DNA of 64,000 nucleotides from Candidatus Zixiibacteriota bacterium (GTDB lineage Bacteria; Zixibacteria; MSB-5A5; DSPP01): NCBI GenBank assembly GCA_022614805.1, contig JAKEHY010000009.1, positions 5,118 to 69,117 of the forward strand, read 5' to 3'. Shown piece by piece: positions 18,683 to 28,857 of this stretch (position 1 is its first letter; each line of letters starts with the position of its first letter). The notes under the pieces were generated by a model. It saw only the letters and a program-made list of their open reading frames with translations, ran no database searches and was not told where the DNA came from. The position numbers and the translations under genes were made by a program.

Positions 18683-21600
18683 ATGAACAGCATAAAAAGA
18701 GGGTTTATGCTATTTGGCATGACGGTCGGTATGGTATCGCCACAAATAGGCCAAACGGCCACCCCTCCGTCCGGCTCGGTTTCCCCCGCCAGCCCTACAA
18801 CCAGTTGGAGCGGTGGCCCGTTCACCAGCGCCACCACAGACCCCACAGGGGCGGATTGTTCCAACTCCGAATGCGATAATTTCTTTTTGACCGTAAGCGG
18901 CTCCGACCCCAGCATACATAAAGTAACGGTCCGAATGGACTGGATTTCTCCTACTAATGATTTTGACTTGCGCGTCTACGACGACTGTGGATGTCTGGTG
19001 GCACCAGCCTCCGCTCAAGGTTTTACCAATTTTGAGGAAGTTACATTCACCGCCGCCGCCGGAACGTATCGTGTGGAAGTGCTGGTTTTTGCAGTTGTAG
19101 GAGAATCTTACAGCGCCAACGCAAACCTCTTCACGGCGGCACCAGAGCCACCGACGGCGCTGCGAACGGCCAACTACCAGCTGTTCGACTTTATGTTTAC
19201 TCCCGAGACAGGACTTCCCGAACAGCAGCGCAGTCTGGTCTTTATCGACCAGGATGTGGAACCCGAGATCGAGATTGACCGTTTCGGGACTATCTACATA
19301 AGCGCCATTCGTGGTGTGCCGGGGGGTGTTGACTTCTGGCGTTCTGACAACGCGGGAGCCAGCATCCAGTACCTCGGCCAACCGGATGGAACGCAAAATC
19401 CCAATCCAGCCGGGGCTGACTTTGAAGGGGGGGTGGGAGGAGGGGACGTTGATTTGGCTCTGGGCGACCCATTTTTCGTCGTCCCGCCCGTTTCGGGAGT
19501 GCCCGGAATACAGTCGACCGGCCGCATTTTTATCACCAGTCTTTGGCTGGGCTCGGCCACCCTCGCTACCTCGACAGACCGCGGAGAAAACTGGGTTCCC
19601 AATCCGTTTACCGTGGCAGCCTTGGACCGGCAGTGGAACGTGGCGAGAGGGGAAAAAACCCTTTATCAGAGCTCGCGTCGGCTGGCCCAGTTGGTTGAGG
19701 GCCAGCACTCGGTCTATTTGCAACGGGCTGACGATGGCGCTCTTTTCACCAAAGGGGCTTTTGTGCAAGACCCGGCGACGGGTGTGCAGGAAGAGGTGGC
19801 CGGTAACATCGCTATCACCAGCGACGGGGTCATCCACGGCTCGTTTGCCAGCCTGGACGGCCGCACCCTGTACGTTTACCGCTGCCCCAAATTCGGCACC
19901 GCCGGTGCCTGCGACCTGCCCGCGCCGCCGAACGAAGTTACCACCTGTCCCACCTGTTTTGATGTAGGGGCCGTTTTCACCGGCACCGGAAATTTGACCA
20001 CCAACAACACCTTTCCGATTATCACGGTGGACAAGGGGGACAACCTCCACATAGCCTTTGGCGACCGCCAAAATGTTTATCTGATGAGCTGCCCGGCCGG
20101 CTTGGATGCTACCAAGCCCGCAAACTGGACCAAGCCAGTGCCCCTGAACGCACCGGGCGTTTCCGGTTTCGAGTTCACCCGGACCACGATGTTCCCCTGG
20201 GTTCGGGGCGGCGACCCGGGAAAAGTGGCGTGCATGTGGTATGGCAGCGACGTTCCTGGGGATCCCGACTGTCCCTGCTTTGAACAACAGCAAGTCCCCT
20301 GGAAAATCATCTACGCACAGGTTGAAAACGCGCTGGCGGAAACACCCAATATCTTTCTTGATATTGCCAGCAAACAGTGCGGGGGTGTCATACATACCGG
20401 ACAAATCTGCGGGCGCGGAACCGGCTGTCCGTCGGGTACCCGTGAGCTGGCTGAATACTCCTCTCTGACCGTGGACAATCAGGGATTTGCCAACATAGCG
20501 TATACGGGCACCTTTTTCTTTGACACCACCGAAGCCCCGCGGGGATGCAAAAACCCTCGTTTCACAGGTGCCATTACCTTCTTTACCAAATCGACCAAAC
20601 AGCCGTTGATAATAAAACCCCCTGTGACTAAAGCGGAGTGCGAACATCCCGGCATCAGCAAAAAAGGGGATGGCACCACGTCAACGACGAGCGGGCCACC
20701 AATCAGCACTACTGCCGGAACGTCGGAGCCAAGAAAGCCAACTCGGGCGCCTTCCTCGAATTTAAATTCTCCGGCACGGCCGTGGATATGCAGATTGCTC
20801 GCGGACCACGGGGTGGAAACGCCGAGGTCTTAATCGATGGAGTCTCCCACGGCAAAGTGGACTTCTACCGTGCTCCATCTGACCCAGCAAATCCTGATAA
20901 CTCTGGGAAGAAGGATCTCACCTTTGGGGAGTTCGTAAGTTTCGCCACCGCGCCAGGCGAACACACTTTCCGACTGGAGGTGTTAAACGACAAACCGGAA
21001 CCCGAGGATGCTCTAAAAGACATGATCTACGTGGATGGCTTCGTGGTCACTGGAGGGGAAGTCATAGGAACGGCAACCTCCATCGAAATCTCAACTTTAA
21101 CCGAGGGAACAATAGACCCGGTTGGTTTGGTCGCTCAATCCTTGACGGCCACGGCGGCGACCACTGGACTTAGCGGGGTTCTGGAAGTCCCAGAGGGTTC
21201 GGACTTGGACCTGTTATTGTTGGATCCGTCCGGCAACTTGGTGAGCCAGTCAAGCACGGCGGGCCCCACCGAAGTGGTACGCTTTACCCCTTCGGCTCTC
21301 GGCCCCTACTCCTTCCAGGTATTAAATAAAAAAGCCGCGCTTAGCCCATATACACTCTATTTGATTACAACCGAACAGGCGGGGACATCTCCGAAAGCAA
21401 TCGGTGACGCGGACATCGACGCCCAAAGGCCGCTCGTTTTTTCGCTTTCGCAGAACTACCCCAATCCCTTCAACGCCAAGACGGTTATTCGTTACGCGCT
21501 GCCCGCCGAAAGCCAAGTGCAGCTTAAGTTGTACAATCTACTGGGCCAGGAGGTGGCCAGCTTGGTGAACGCACGCCAGCCGGCCGGTAATTACCAAATC

Positions 21601-21696
21601 AGCTTCACGGCGGACAAACTGGCCAGCGGGGTATACTTCTATAAGCTCAAAGCCGATGAGGAGATTGCCGTTAAGAAAATGATGGTGGTCAAATAG
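18683..21696 (+). pseudogene. Large (~1000 aa) secreted multidomain protein: signal peptide, PPC-like domain, BNR/Asp-box beta-propeller-like region, CBM-like beta-sandwich, second PPC-like domain, type-A T9SS C-terminal sorting domain. Interrupted by a 1-nt frameshift near 20660-20669.
   Basis: ORFs 18683..20833 and 20638..21696 overlap, with the downstream frame offset by one base. The upstream frame reads as protein until ~20660 and the downstream frame (GWHHVND...GAFLEFKFSGTAVDM...) from ~20668. The switch falls in the run AGCAAAAAAGGGGA; one extra A restores a single frame (ISKKRGWHHVND). Asp-box STDRGENW is present. The CTD LSQNYPNPFNAKTVIRYALP...GVYFYKLKADEEIAVKKMMVVK is a canonical T9SS type-A tail. 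Confidence 0.65.
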
Positions 21697-21718
21697 AACA
21701 GGTGCGCCAAAAAACGGG

Positions 21719-21763
21719 CGGGGACTTTTACAAGTCCCCGCCCGGATTTTTTAACGCGCCCTG
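21719..21763 (+). terminator. rho-independent terminator
   Basis: CGGGCGGGGACTT-TTACA-AGTCCCCGCCCG hairpin followed by GATTTTTT. Confidence 0.75.
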
Positions 21764-21952
21764 ATTAAGTTCCTTTTGGTTCGGTAAATTCTTCCCCGCC
21801 TTGCCCGAGGAGAACGGTTTATTGTCATTGTAAGAAATTTGAAGCTAAATTTTCAGCCCGACCATTCGCATACTTTTTTCTTGACAAATCACGGCGGAGG
21901 CTTTCATTAGAAGCAACCAAATTTTTGGGGCCGAAAACTGGAGGATGCCTTC

Positions 21953-24328
21953 TTGACGCGAAGACGAGTTTTTTCAACAATGCTGCTGGCACTCCTGCCC
22001 GTCTCTCTATATGCCTTTGAACCCCTCTTCAATACCTGGATAAGCTATGACGTGGGGAATCTTCCCCTTGCGGTAACCGCCGCCGACGTCGATGGAGATG
22101 GGGATTTGGATTTGGTGACCACCAACCGGGGCCACCATTGGTTTCTGCAAGACAGCACGGTATCGGTATTAAAGAACAATGGGGATGGAAGTTTTGCCTC
22201 CCGCTCGGACTACGTGGTGGGAGGCCATCCCACCTCCGTCGTCCCCAGCGATTTGAACGGAGACGGGGATTTGGACCTGGCCGTAGCCGCCGAAGATGGG
22301 TATCTCTATACTATGACCAACGACGGAACCGGGTCCTTTGGGGACAAAACCGGCTACTTTTTGGAAATCGGGTACTACCCCTCGATTTCCGCCTCGGATT
22401 TGGACGGCGACGGGGACTCCGATTTGGCCGTAAGCGACTATGGAAACAGTCGGTTTCACATTTTGAAAAATAATGGAGGGGGAAGTTTCGATACCATAAC
22501 TACCTATGCGGCCACCGCTCCACCCGTCGCAATTTTTGTTGCGGATTTGGATGGAAACAGCTATGGCGATATTGTCTTGTCCAACGAAAGAGGGGCCCAC
22601 AAAGTTACTGTCGCATTAAATGCAGGAGACGGCACCTTTACCCCCGGCGCCAGCTACGGAACCAGCACGCTGGGCTCCGGCACGGTTTTCGCCTCCGACC
22701 TGGATGCCGACGGCGATTTGGACTTGGCCGTTGCGAATTCATACGACAGCACCGTCACGGTGCTGAAAAATAACGGCCTCGGAATCTTTATCGACGAGGC
22801 CGACTATCCGGCCGGCAGAGACCCGAGCTCGGTTTTTGCCGCCGACCTCGACGGCGACGGCGACCAAGACCTGGCGGTTGCCAACCTGCACGGGCACAGC
22901 CTTTCCGTTCTCTTAAACACGGGGAATGGAACATTTGCTTCGAAAGCGGATTATGAGGTGGGTTTGGTTCCGATGTCGGTTTTCTGTGCCGACCTGGACG
23001 GGGACGGCGACCGGGATATGGCCGCCGCCAATTACTGGAGCCACAGCGTGGCCGTTATGAAAAACAACGGAGACGGAAGCTTTGCACGGGAAACCTCCCA
23101 TCCGGCGGGAGCCGGTCTGGTTGGGGTGCTGGTCGCAGATTTGGACGGAGACACCAAGCGAGACCTGGTTGCCTTAAACAGCGGTGGCAACACCGTGTCG
23201 GTGTGGAGAAACCGAGGAGAAGGGAACTTCGATACTCGGGCCGACTACGCTGCCGGAACCCTTCCGACAACCATCCTGGCGTCTGACCTGGATCAGGACT
23301 TGCATTTGGACCTGGTAACGACAAACCCGGAAGAGAAAAGTCTTTCCATTATTAAGAACAACGGGGATGGGGGCTTCGCCGCCCGAGTTGAACTCAAATT
23401 AGGGGTCCACCCTTGCGCGCTGGCCTCCTCCGACCTGGACCGGGACGGAGATTTCGACCTGGCGGTTGCGGATGACAGTCTGAACACCGTTTTGGTGCTG
23501 CTAAACGTCGGCTTCGGAAATTTTGCCGACCCCGTTGGTTATACCGTCGGGGAGGCTCCGGTCGACCTTCTGGCCGCCGACCTTGACGGGGACAAAGACG
23601 TTGATTTGGCCGTGGCGAACCGGAATTCCGCCACCCTTTCCATCCTTCAAAACACGGGGACGGGAACCTTTGGGGATGCAGCCGTATACGATGTGCAAAC
23701 CGGTCCGCTTTCTGTCTATGCCTCCGATTTGGATGGGGATAAGGCCCCGGACTTGGCGATAGTGATTGCACCCGGGCCGGGAATGCCCGTCGGCGGCGTC
23801 TCGGTCTTGAAAAACAAAGGGGATGGCACCTTTTCCCCCGGAGAGAGTTACCGGGCGGGCATTTATCCCGTTTCCGTTGTTGCCTCCGATTTGGACGGAG
23901 ATGCCGATGCGGACCTCGCGGTTGCGAATTCGCGCAGCAGTTCTGTTTCCGTACTTTTGAACGCCGGCCAGGGGGGCTTTACCGAGCGCCAGGATTACGG
24001 AACTGGAGTTACGCCGACTTCGCTGTCCGCCGCGGACTTGGACCAGGACGGAGACCAAGACGTTGTCGTGGCCAACTACTCCGGCAGCACGGTCTCCGTA
24101 TTAATGAACCGGGCCAACAGGGGGTGTGCGTTAAAACGTGGAGACTTAAACCATGATTGTTTTTTAACGGCGGAAGACATCATACTGGAGATAAACTGCT
24201 TTAGCCAGGGGCTCGGCGACTGCCGTCTGGAATTAACCGATCTTAATTGTGACGGAGAATTGACGGCGTCAGACGTGGTTTTGCTGCTCGGCACCTTTTT
24301 TGCGGAAACGCCCCTCCCCTGTCCGTAA
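21953..24328 (+). CDS. FG-GAP/VCBS-repeat beta-propeller-type secreted protein with a C-terminal dockerin-like (tandem Ca-binding) domain
   Basis: More than 12 repeats of the DLDGDGDLDLAVAN...SVLLNNGDGTF type. The C-terminus has two 22-aa segments, GDLNHDCFLTAEDIILEINCFS and TDLNCDGELTASDVVLLLGTFF, matching the dockerin D-x-N-x-D-G loop plus helix. TTG start at 21953 with GGAGG 9 nt upstream. N-terminal signal-like LLALLPVSLYA. Confidence 0.7.
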   Translation: MTRRRVFSTMLLALLPVSLYAFEPLFNTWISYDVGNLPLAVTAADVDGDGDLDLVTTNRGHHWFLQDSTVSVLKNNGDGSFASRSDYVVGGHPTSVVPSDLNGDGDLDLAVAAEDGYLYTMTNDGTGSFGDKTGYFLEIGYYPSISASDLDGDGDSDLAVSDYGNSRFHILKNNGGGSFDTITTYAATAPPVAIFVADLDGNSYGDIVLSNERGAHKVTVALNAGDGTFTPGASYGTSTLGSGTVFASDLDADGDLDLAVANSYDSTVTVLKNNGLGIFIDEADYPAGRDPSSVFAADLDGDGDQDLAVANLHGHSLSVLLNTGNGTFASKADYEVGLVPMSVFCADLDGDGDRDMAAANYWSHSVAVMKNNGDGSFARETSHPAGAGLVGVLVADLDGDTKRDLVALNSGGNTVSVWRNRGEGNFDTRADYAAGTLPTTILASDLDQDLHLDLVTTNPEEKSLSIIKNNGDGGFAARVELKLGVHPCALASSDLDRDGDFDLAVADDSLNTVLVLLNVGFGNFADPVGYTVGEAPVDLLAADLDGDKDVDLAVANRNSATLSILQNTGTGTFGDAAVYDVQTGPLSVYASDLDGDKAPDLAIVIAPGPGMPVGGVSVLKNKGDGTFSPGESYRAGIYPVSVVASDLDGDADADLAVANSRSSSVSVLLNAGQGGFTERQDYGTGVTPTSLSAADLDQDGDQDVVVANYSGSTVSVLMNRANRGCALKRGDLNHDCFLTAEDIILEINCFSQGLGDCRLELTDLNCDGELTASDVVLLLGTFFAETPLPCP

Positions 24329-24409
24329 CGTATAGGGCGTCCAGATTTTGAAATCGGGGAGCGGAGTCTTTTTTATTCTTCCGCCCCGGTAAGAGCGTAG
24401 CAAACAAGG

Positions 24410-24441
24410 GGTCAAAAATAAGGCGGGCTTGCGCCCGCCTA
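24410..24441 (-). terminator. intrinsic terminator after pilT
   Basis: AGGCGGGC-TTGC-GCCCGCCT hairpin, followed on the minus strand by a U-rich tract (ATTTTTGAC). Confidence 0.65.
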
Positions 24442-24464
24442 GACCCCCCTCTACTCCTAAAGGA

Positions 24465-25580
24465 CTAAACCCCCTTCGGCTCGGAAAATTCCTCCCAGCC
24501 CCGTTCGGCGGCGCCGGTGATGCCCCGCAGACGCAGGTCGAAATCGTCCGGGTTGGAGGCTTGAGCGAGCGCCTCCTCGTACGAAATGACGCCGGCCCGA
24601 TAGAGCTTCATAATCGACTGGTCGAAGCTCTGCATGCCGTACTGCACGCCGCCGGACTGGATGAGTTCCATAATGGCGCTGCTCTTGGTGGGATCGATAA
24701 CCGCTTCCCGAATGGAGCCCGTATTAATCAGGATTTCAATGGCCGGCACCCGGCCCGGCCCATCGGAACGAGGCAGGAGGCGCTGGGAAATCACCGCCTT
24801 CAGCGTGCCCGCCAGCAAAAGCCGGATTTGCTGGTGCTGGTGGGGCGGGAAAAAGGAGATGATGCGCGAGATGGTCTCGATGGCGTTCAAAGTATGCAGG
24901 GTGGTCAAAACCAGATGCCCGGTGTCGGCCGCCGTCAGGGCAATCGACATCGTATCGATGTCCCGAATCTCACCGATGAGAATCACGTTGGGGTCCTGAC
25001 GGAAAGCGTGCTTTAAGGCGGAGGCGAAAGTCTCCGTGTCCCCCCCCACTTCCCGCTGGGAGATAATCGATTTTTTGTCCCGGTAGATGTACTCGATGGG
25101 ATCTTCGATGGTCAAAATGTTTTCGCTGCGGGTGGAGTTGATTTCTTCAATCATGGCCGCCAGCGAGGTGGACTTTCCGGAGCCGGTGGTGCCGGTGACC
25201 AAAATGATTCCGCGCCGGCTGTCGCACAGTTTCTTGATGGTTTCCGGCAGGTTCAGCTCTTCAAAAGAGGGAATGACGGCATTGACCACGCGGATGGCGA
25301 TGCCCGAGGTGGAGCGCTGGCGGTAGATGTTGATGCGGAAACGCCCCATTTTGGCCACCGTCAAGGCCAGGTCCATTTCGTGCTTGGCGGCAAACTTTTC
25401 TTTCTGCTTTTCGGTCAGGATTTGCTCGATCATCTGGTCAACCGCTTCCTGATTAACGGGCTCGCTCTCCAGGGGCAAAAGCCGCCCGTCCACCCGGACG
25501 GTCGGCCGGATGCCGACCCGGACGTGCAAATCCGACCCCTTGCGGGTCAAAAGCTCGGTTAGCATCTGCTTTAAGGTCAT
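24465..25580 (-). CDS. pilT: type IV pilus retraction ATPase PilT
   Basis: 371 aa with Walker A GTTGSGKST and the PilT C-terminal region (...GMQSFDQSIMKLYRAGVISYEEAL). Confidence 0.88.
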   Translation of the reverse strand: MTLKQMLTELLTRKGSDLHVRVGIRPTVRVDGRLLPLESEPVNQEAVDQMIEQILTEKQKEKFAAKHEMDLALTVAKMGRFRINIYRQRSTSGIAIRVVNAVIPSFEELNLPETIKKLCDSRRGIILVTGTTGSGKSTSLAAMIEEINSTRSENILTIEDPIEYIYRDKKSIISQREVGGDTETFASALKHAFRQDPNVILIGEIRDIDTMSIALTAADTGHLVLTTLHTLNAIETISRIISFFPPHQHQQIRLLLAGTLKAVISQRLLPRSDGPGRVPAIEILINTGSIREAVIDPTKSSAIMELIQSGGVQYGMQSFDQSIMKLYRAGVISYEEALAQASNPDDFDLRLRGITGAAERGWEEFSEPKGV

Positions 25581-25705
25581 TTCATCCTCGCGGCCGCACG
25601 TGAAGGCGCCCCTGCTTTTCCGACGTTCCGGTCAAAAGACCCCACATTCATTTATCGGCCTGAACGCAAAAGAATTGAACGGATGGCCACGAGCCGGTTT
25701 GAAAA

Positions 25706-25734
25706 TCCAAAAAAAGCCCCGCTTGCGCGGGGCC
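25706..25734 (-). terminator. intrinsic terminator after pilQ
   Basis: GCCCCGC-TTGC-GCGGGGC hairpin with an A-run on the plus strand (a U-run on the minus transcript). Confidence 0.7.
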
Positions 25735-25754
25735 TTGAGGCGGCTGGATAACGG

Positions 25755-27074
25755 TTAATTTTTCCTTTCGGAGGTGTCCGGCAGCATGCCGGTCGGCTTG
25801 GCCTGCATGGTCTCCGTGTCCACGATGGTCGGGGTCACGAAAATGACCAGGTCCTTGTCCACCGTTTCCTTGCGGGTGTAGCGGAACAGATAGCCGAGCA
25901 GCGGGATATCCTTCAAAATCGGTATGCCGGTGTTGGTCTTACGCTCGTCCTTGGTGGTCAACCCGCCGATGACTGCGGTTTGTCCGTTTTCCACCACCAC
26001 ATTGGTGACGGCGTTGGAGGTGTTGATGATGACCCCGTTCGGGTCGAACTGGTAGGAGCTTTTTTCCGGCCGAAGCTGCAACAAAATTTTGTTATGCTCG
26101 GTCACGTGGGGGATAACCTTCAAAACGGTTCCCACGTCGTAGAAGGTAATGACCGTATTGCCGGAGGCATCGAATTGCTTGATGGGGATTTTCTGCCCCA
26201 CTTGAACGATCGCCTCCTTGTTGTCCACGGTGGTAATCTCCGGATGGGAAACGATTTTAATCTTTCCGTCCGTCGCCAAAGCCGTGATGCGGGCCTGCAC
26301 ATCCGGCCAAGCCACGCTGGAGGTTTTTAACTGCACGTCCGCAATCGGCGAGGAAGTCTGGTTCGCGTTCTGCTGAATGATGGCCTCTTCCAGGTCGGCT
26401 CCCGCCGAATTATCTTGCCAAGTAGCGCTCCAATTGATGCCCAACTCAAATAGATAGCGGTCCTCGATTTCAACCAGTTGGGTGGAGATTTTAATCTGCT
26501 TGGTCTCCAAATCCAGCTTGTGCACAAACTCCTCCACCCGGTCGATGTTTTTGGGGAGCTCGCTGACGATAAGCGAGTTGGTGCGCTGGTCAATTTCGAC
26601 TTTACCCCGTTCGGACAGCATCGATTTGACCGCTTTCTGCATATCGGTGGCGGAGGCGTTGTAAACCGGAATGATGCGGACCTCCAAAGGGGTCAGAAGT
26701 TTATGCTCGGCGATGCGCTTCGCATTTTCTGCCTGCTCGGTCAGATATTCCTTCATTGGAACGATGCGAATGTAGCCCCGCTCTTCGACGGCCATCAAAG
26801 AATAGGTCTTGGTGATGATGTCCAAAGCCTGCTCCCAGGTCACGTCAGTAAGCGAAATGGTTACCTGACCGGTCACCAAAGGGCTGACCACGATGTTGAT
26901 TTTCCCGCGGTCGGCCAGCATGGAGAAGACCGAGCGGACGTCGGCGTTCTGGAAAACCAAAGAACGCATCTTCTGGTTTTCCCCCTGCGGCCTCGCCGGC
27001 CCGGCCGAAAGCACCAAGAGAAGAAAGGCACCCAGAAGGAGCACCCTTTTATTGAGAACAGCACGCGTATTCAT
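25755..27074 (-). CDS. pilQ: type IV pilus secretin PilQ (short form, no AMIN domain)
   Basis: Signal peptide, an N0/STN-like region (LVFQNADVRSVFSMLADRGKINIVVSP), and a secretin C-domain (...VIGGLTTKDERKTNTGIPILKDIPLLGYLFRYT). Confidence 0.85.
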   Translation of the reverse strand: MNTRAVLNKRVLLLGAFLLLVLSAGPARPQGENQKMRSLVFQNADVRSVFSMLADRGKINIVVSPLVTGQVTISLTDVTWEQALDIITKTYSLMAVEERGYIRIVPMKEYLTEQAENAKRIAEHKLLTPLEVRIIPVYNASATDMQKAVKSMLSERGKVEIDQRTNSLIVSELPKNIDRVEEFVHKLDLETKQIKISTQLVEIEDRYLFELGINWSATWQDNSAGADLEEAIIQQNANQTSSPIADVQLKTSSVAWPDVQARITALATDGKIKIVSHPEITTVDNKEAIVQVGQKIPIKQFDASGNTVITFYDVGTVLKVIPHVTEHNKILLQLRPEKSSYQFDPNGVIINTSNAVTNVVVENGQTAVIGGLTTKDERKTNTGIPILKDIPLLGYLFRYTRKETVDKDLVIFVTPTIVDTETMQAKPTGMLPDTSERKN

Positions 27075-27099
27075 CAGCCACCTCTCTTTTTTCTATTTT

Positions 27100-28857
27100 C
27101 TATTCAATAGCTGCGAACTCCATCGCCACGGTCTTGGTCCAGCCGTATTCCGTGACCTGGAACAAAACTTTGTTTTCCGAAATGGAAACCATATATCCGT
27201 TGCGCACCCGTTCCCCCGGCCCGAGGATATAGCCGTTCCCTTCGCCGTCCTCAAAGACCGCCTTGTTCCCCGCCAGCGAGCGCATAATTCCCACCAGCCG
27301 CAACTGCTCGGCGGCCGGCACGGCCCGGCGTTTTTTGCCGGAGGCGTAACGGTCCCGGCCGGTCAAGGGGGAGAACGGGTCCCGCCGTCCCTCGGAATGG
27401 TAGCGAATCACCTTGCGCGAGGGGGAAACCTGCATAAAGGTAGCTCCCGGGAAAGCGAAGGCCGTGTCGTACGGCTCTTCTTCCTCTTCATCCATAGCCG
27501 GCAGGTCGGTATCAATTTCGTCTATGTCGGCCACTTCGCCGGTATCGGTCAAACTGCGGGCCGGGTCCAGCGCTTTTTTTAACCGCTCTTGAAAACTTGA
27601 CTGGCCCAATTTCCCGGCCGGAGCGGCAGTTTTCTGTCCGATCTCGGCTGGCTTAGAACCCGTCGGTTGGTCCGGTGCTCCCAGCTTGCCTAAAGCCTTT
27701 TTCAACTGTTCCCGAAACTTTTCCTGGTCAACCGTATCGGAGCTGCCGGGCGTTCCCGGTTTGGAAGAAACAGCCGGGCTGCCGGCTGGTGCCGCGCCCG
27801 TTGATGGTTTGCCAGCCGTCGTTTTGGCCGACTGGGAGACGGCTGACGGTTTGGCTGTGCCGGTGGTGGCCGATGGAGCCGGCGGCGGGCCGCTCACGCT
27901 TGGCGTGGCCGCCGTGGAAGAAGGCTTGGGTGAGGCCGGAACTACGGTGGCCGTCTTGGCGGTCGAAGGCGTTTGTGAAGGCGCGGTGGCAGTAGACGAA
28001 GGAACCGGGCCGGCTGTCACCCTTGATTTTTCAGCCGGAGTTGAAGCCCCCGCAGTTGCGGCCGGTTTACCAGGAATCGGAGAAGAAGGCTTAATCACGA
28101 TACCCGTCCCCCCGCTGGCTGGGGCCGGAGAAGGCCCCGCAGGAGGCATACTCTTGGCGGGCGTCGTTGTTCCCCTCGTCTCGACCTGACCGGGAGTTTC
28201 CACTGTTGGAACAGCGCTGTCTTTTTGCTGCCTGGCAACAGGAGCCGCAACCCTTACAGTACTTTTATCGGGAGCCGCTGTGGCGGGAGCAGTCGCACCG
28301 GCGGCCAACGGCTTTTTTTCGGTCGTCCCGACGGGCGCTGGGCTGGCGCCAGCGCCACTCGGCCTGGCAGCCGTATCGGCCGATTTAGGAATGGAACCAT
28401 TTGTCCCCTTGGGAGTTGAAGGAACGGCAAAACCAGTTGTAGTCGTTGGACCCGCACCCGAAGCGGCTGGCAGCGGCGACGGGAGCATAAAATGGAGTTC
28501 CACCCCATCCGGCTTGGTGCTCCAACTGTAGGAGAGCCGTTCGGGGGTCTCAATCACCACCCGGGCTATTGGCGGATCGGTCTGGAATTGGGAAAATCGC
28601 ACGCTCTTGATGCCCCGGTTGGCGGCCAGGTTTCCCAAAACCTGGGCAGTTTTATCCACCGTCACGCCGGGCAACTCTATAATCATCTTAAAATGGCCGG
28701 CTTCCCCCGCCCAGGAAGATTTAAACTCGTTGGGGCTGCCGGTGGTCAGCATAACCGCCCCGTTTTCGGAAACGGAAACGGAGGAGAGCCGGCCGGCGGC
28801 CAGAGCCCTTCCGGCGAAAAGAGCGATTGCAAGCAAGAGGTAGGCGGTTTTCTTCAT
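27100..28857 (-). CDS. PilP-like pilus assembly protein carrying an N-terminal AMIN domain and a ~350-aa Pro/Ala/Thr/Ser-rich linker
   Basis: Signal peptide, an AMIN-type beta-sandwich (residues ~25-125), a low-complexity PAST tract, an acidic patch (DEEEEEP), an RDPFSP motif, and a C-terminal PilP-type beta-domain (LRLVGIMRSLAGNKAVFEDGEGNGYILGPGERVRNGYMVSISENKVLF). It lies between pilO and pilQ, which is the pilP position. Confidence 0.7.
   Translation of the reverse strand: MKKTAYLLLAIALFAGRALAAGRLSSVSVSENGAVMLTTGSPNEFKSSWAGEAGHFKMIIELPGVTVDKTAQVLGNLAANRGIKSVRFSQFQTDPPIARVVIETPERLSYSWSTKPDGVELHFMLPSPLPAASGAGPTTTTGFAVPSTPKGTNGSIPKSADTAARPSGAGASPAPVGTTEKKPLAAGATAPATAAPDKSTVRVAAPVARQQKDSAVPTVETPGQVETRGTTTPAKSMPPAGPSPAPASGGTGIVIKPSSPIPGKPAATAGASTPAEKSRVTAGPVPSSTATAPSQTPSTAKTATVVPASPKPSSTAATPSVSGPPPAPSATTGTAKPSAVSQSAKTTAGKPSTGAAPAGSPAVSSKPGTPGSSDTVDQEKFREQLKKALGKLGAPDQPTGSKPAEIGQKTAAPAGKLGQSSFQERLKKALDPARSLTDTGEVADIDEIDTDLPAMDEEEEEPYDTAFAFPGATFMQVSPSRKVIRYHSEGRRDPFSPLTGRDRYASGKKRRAVPAAEQLRLVGIMRSLAGNKAVFEDGEGNGYILGPGERVRNGYMVSISENKVLFQVTEYGWTKTVAMEFAAIE

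Noticed and set aside
17339-20647. ORFs 17339..18319(+) and 18710..20647(-, 645 aa) antisense to accC and to the T9SS cargo gene
   Set aside because: They are shadow frames of strongly supported genes, with no signal-peptide or domain logic.
18683-20833. Treating 18683..20833 and 20638..21696 as two genuine genes
   Set aside because: The upstream frame's last ~55 codons are low-complexity junk while the overlapping downstream frame reads as a folded domain. A single 1-nt correction in a homopolymer fuses them into one continuous protein.
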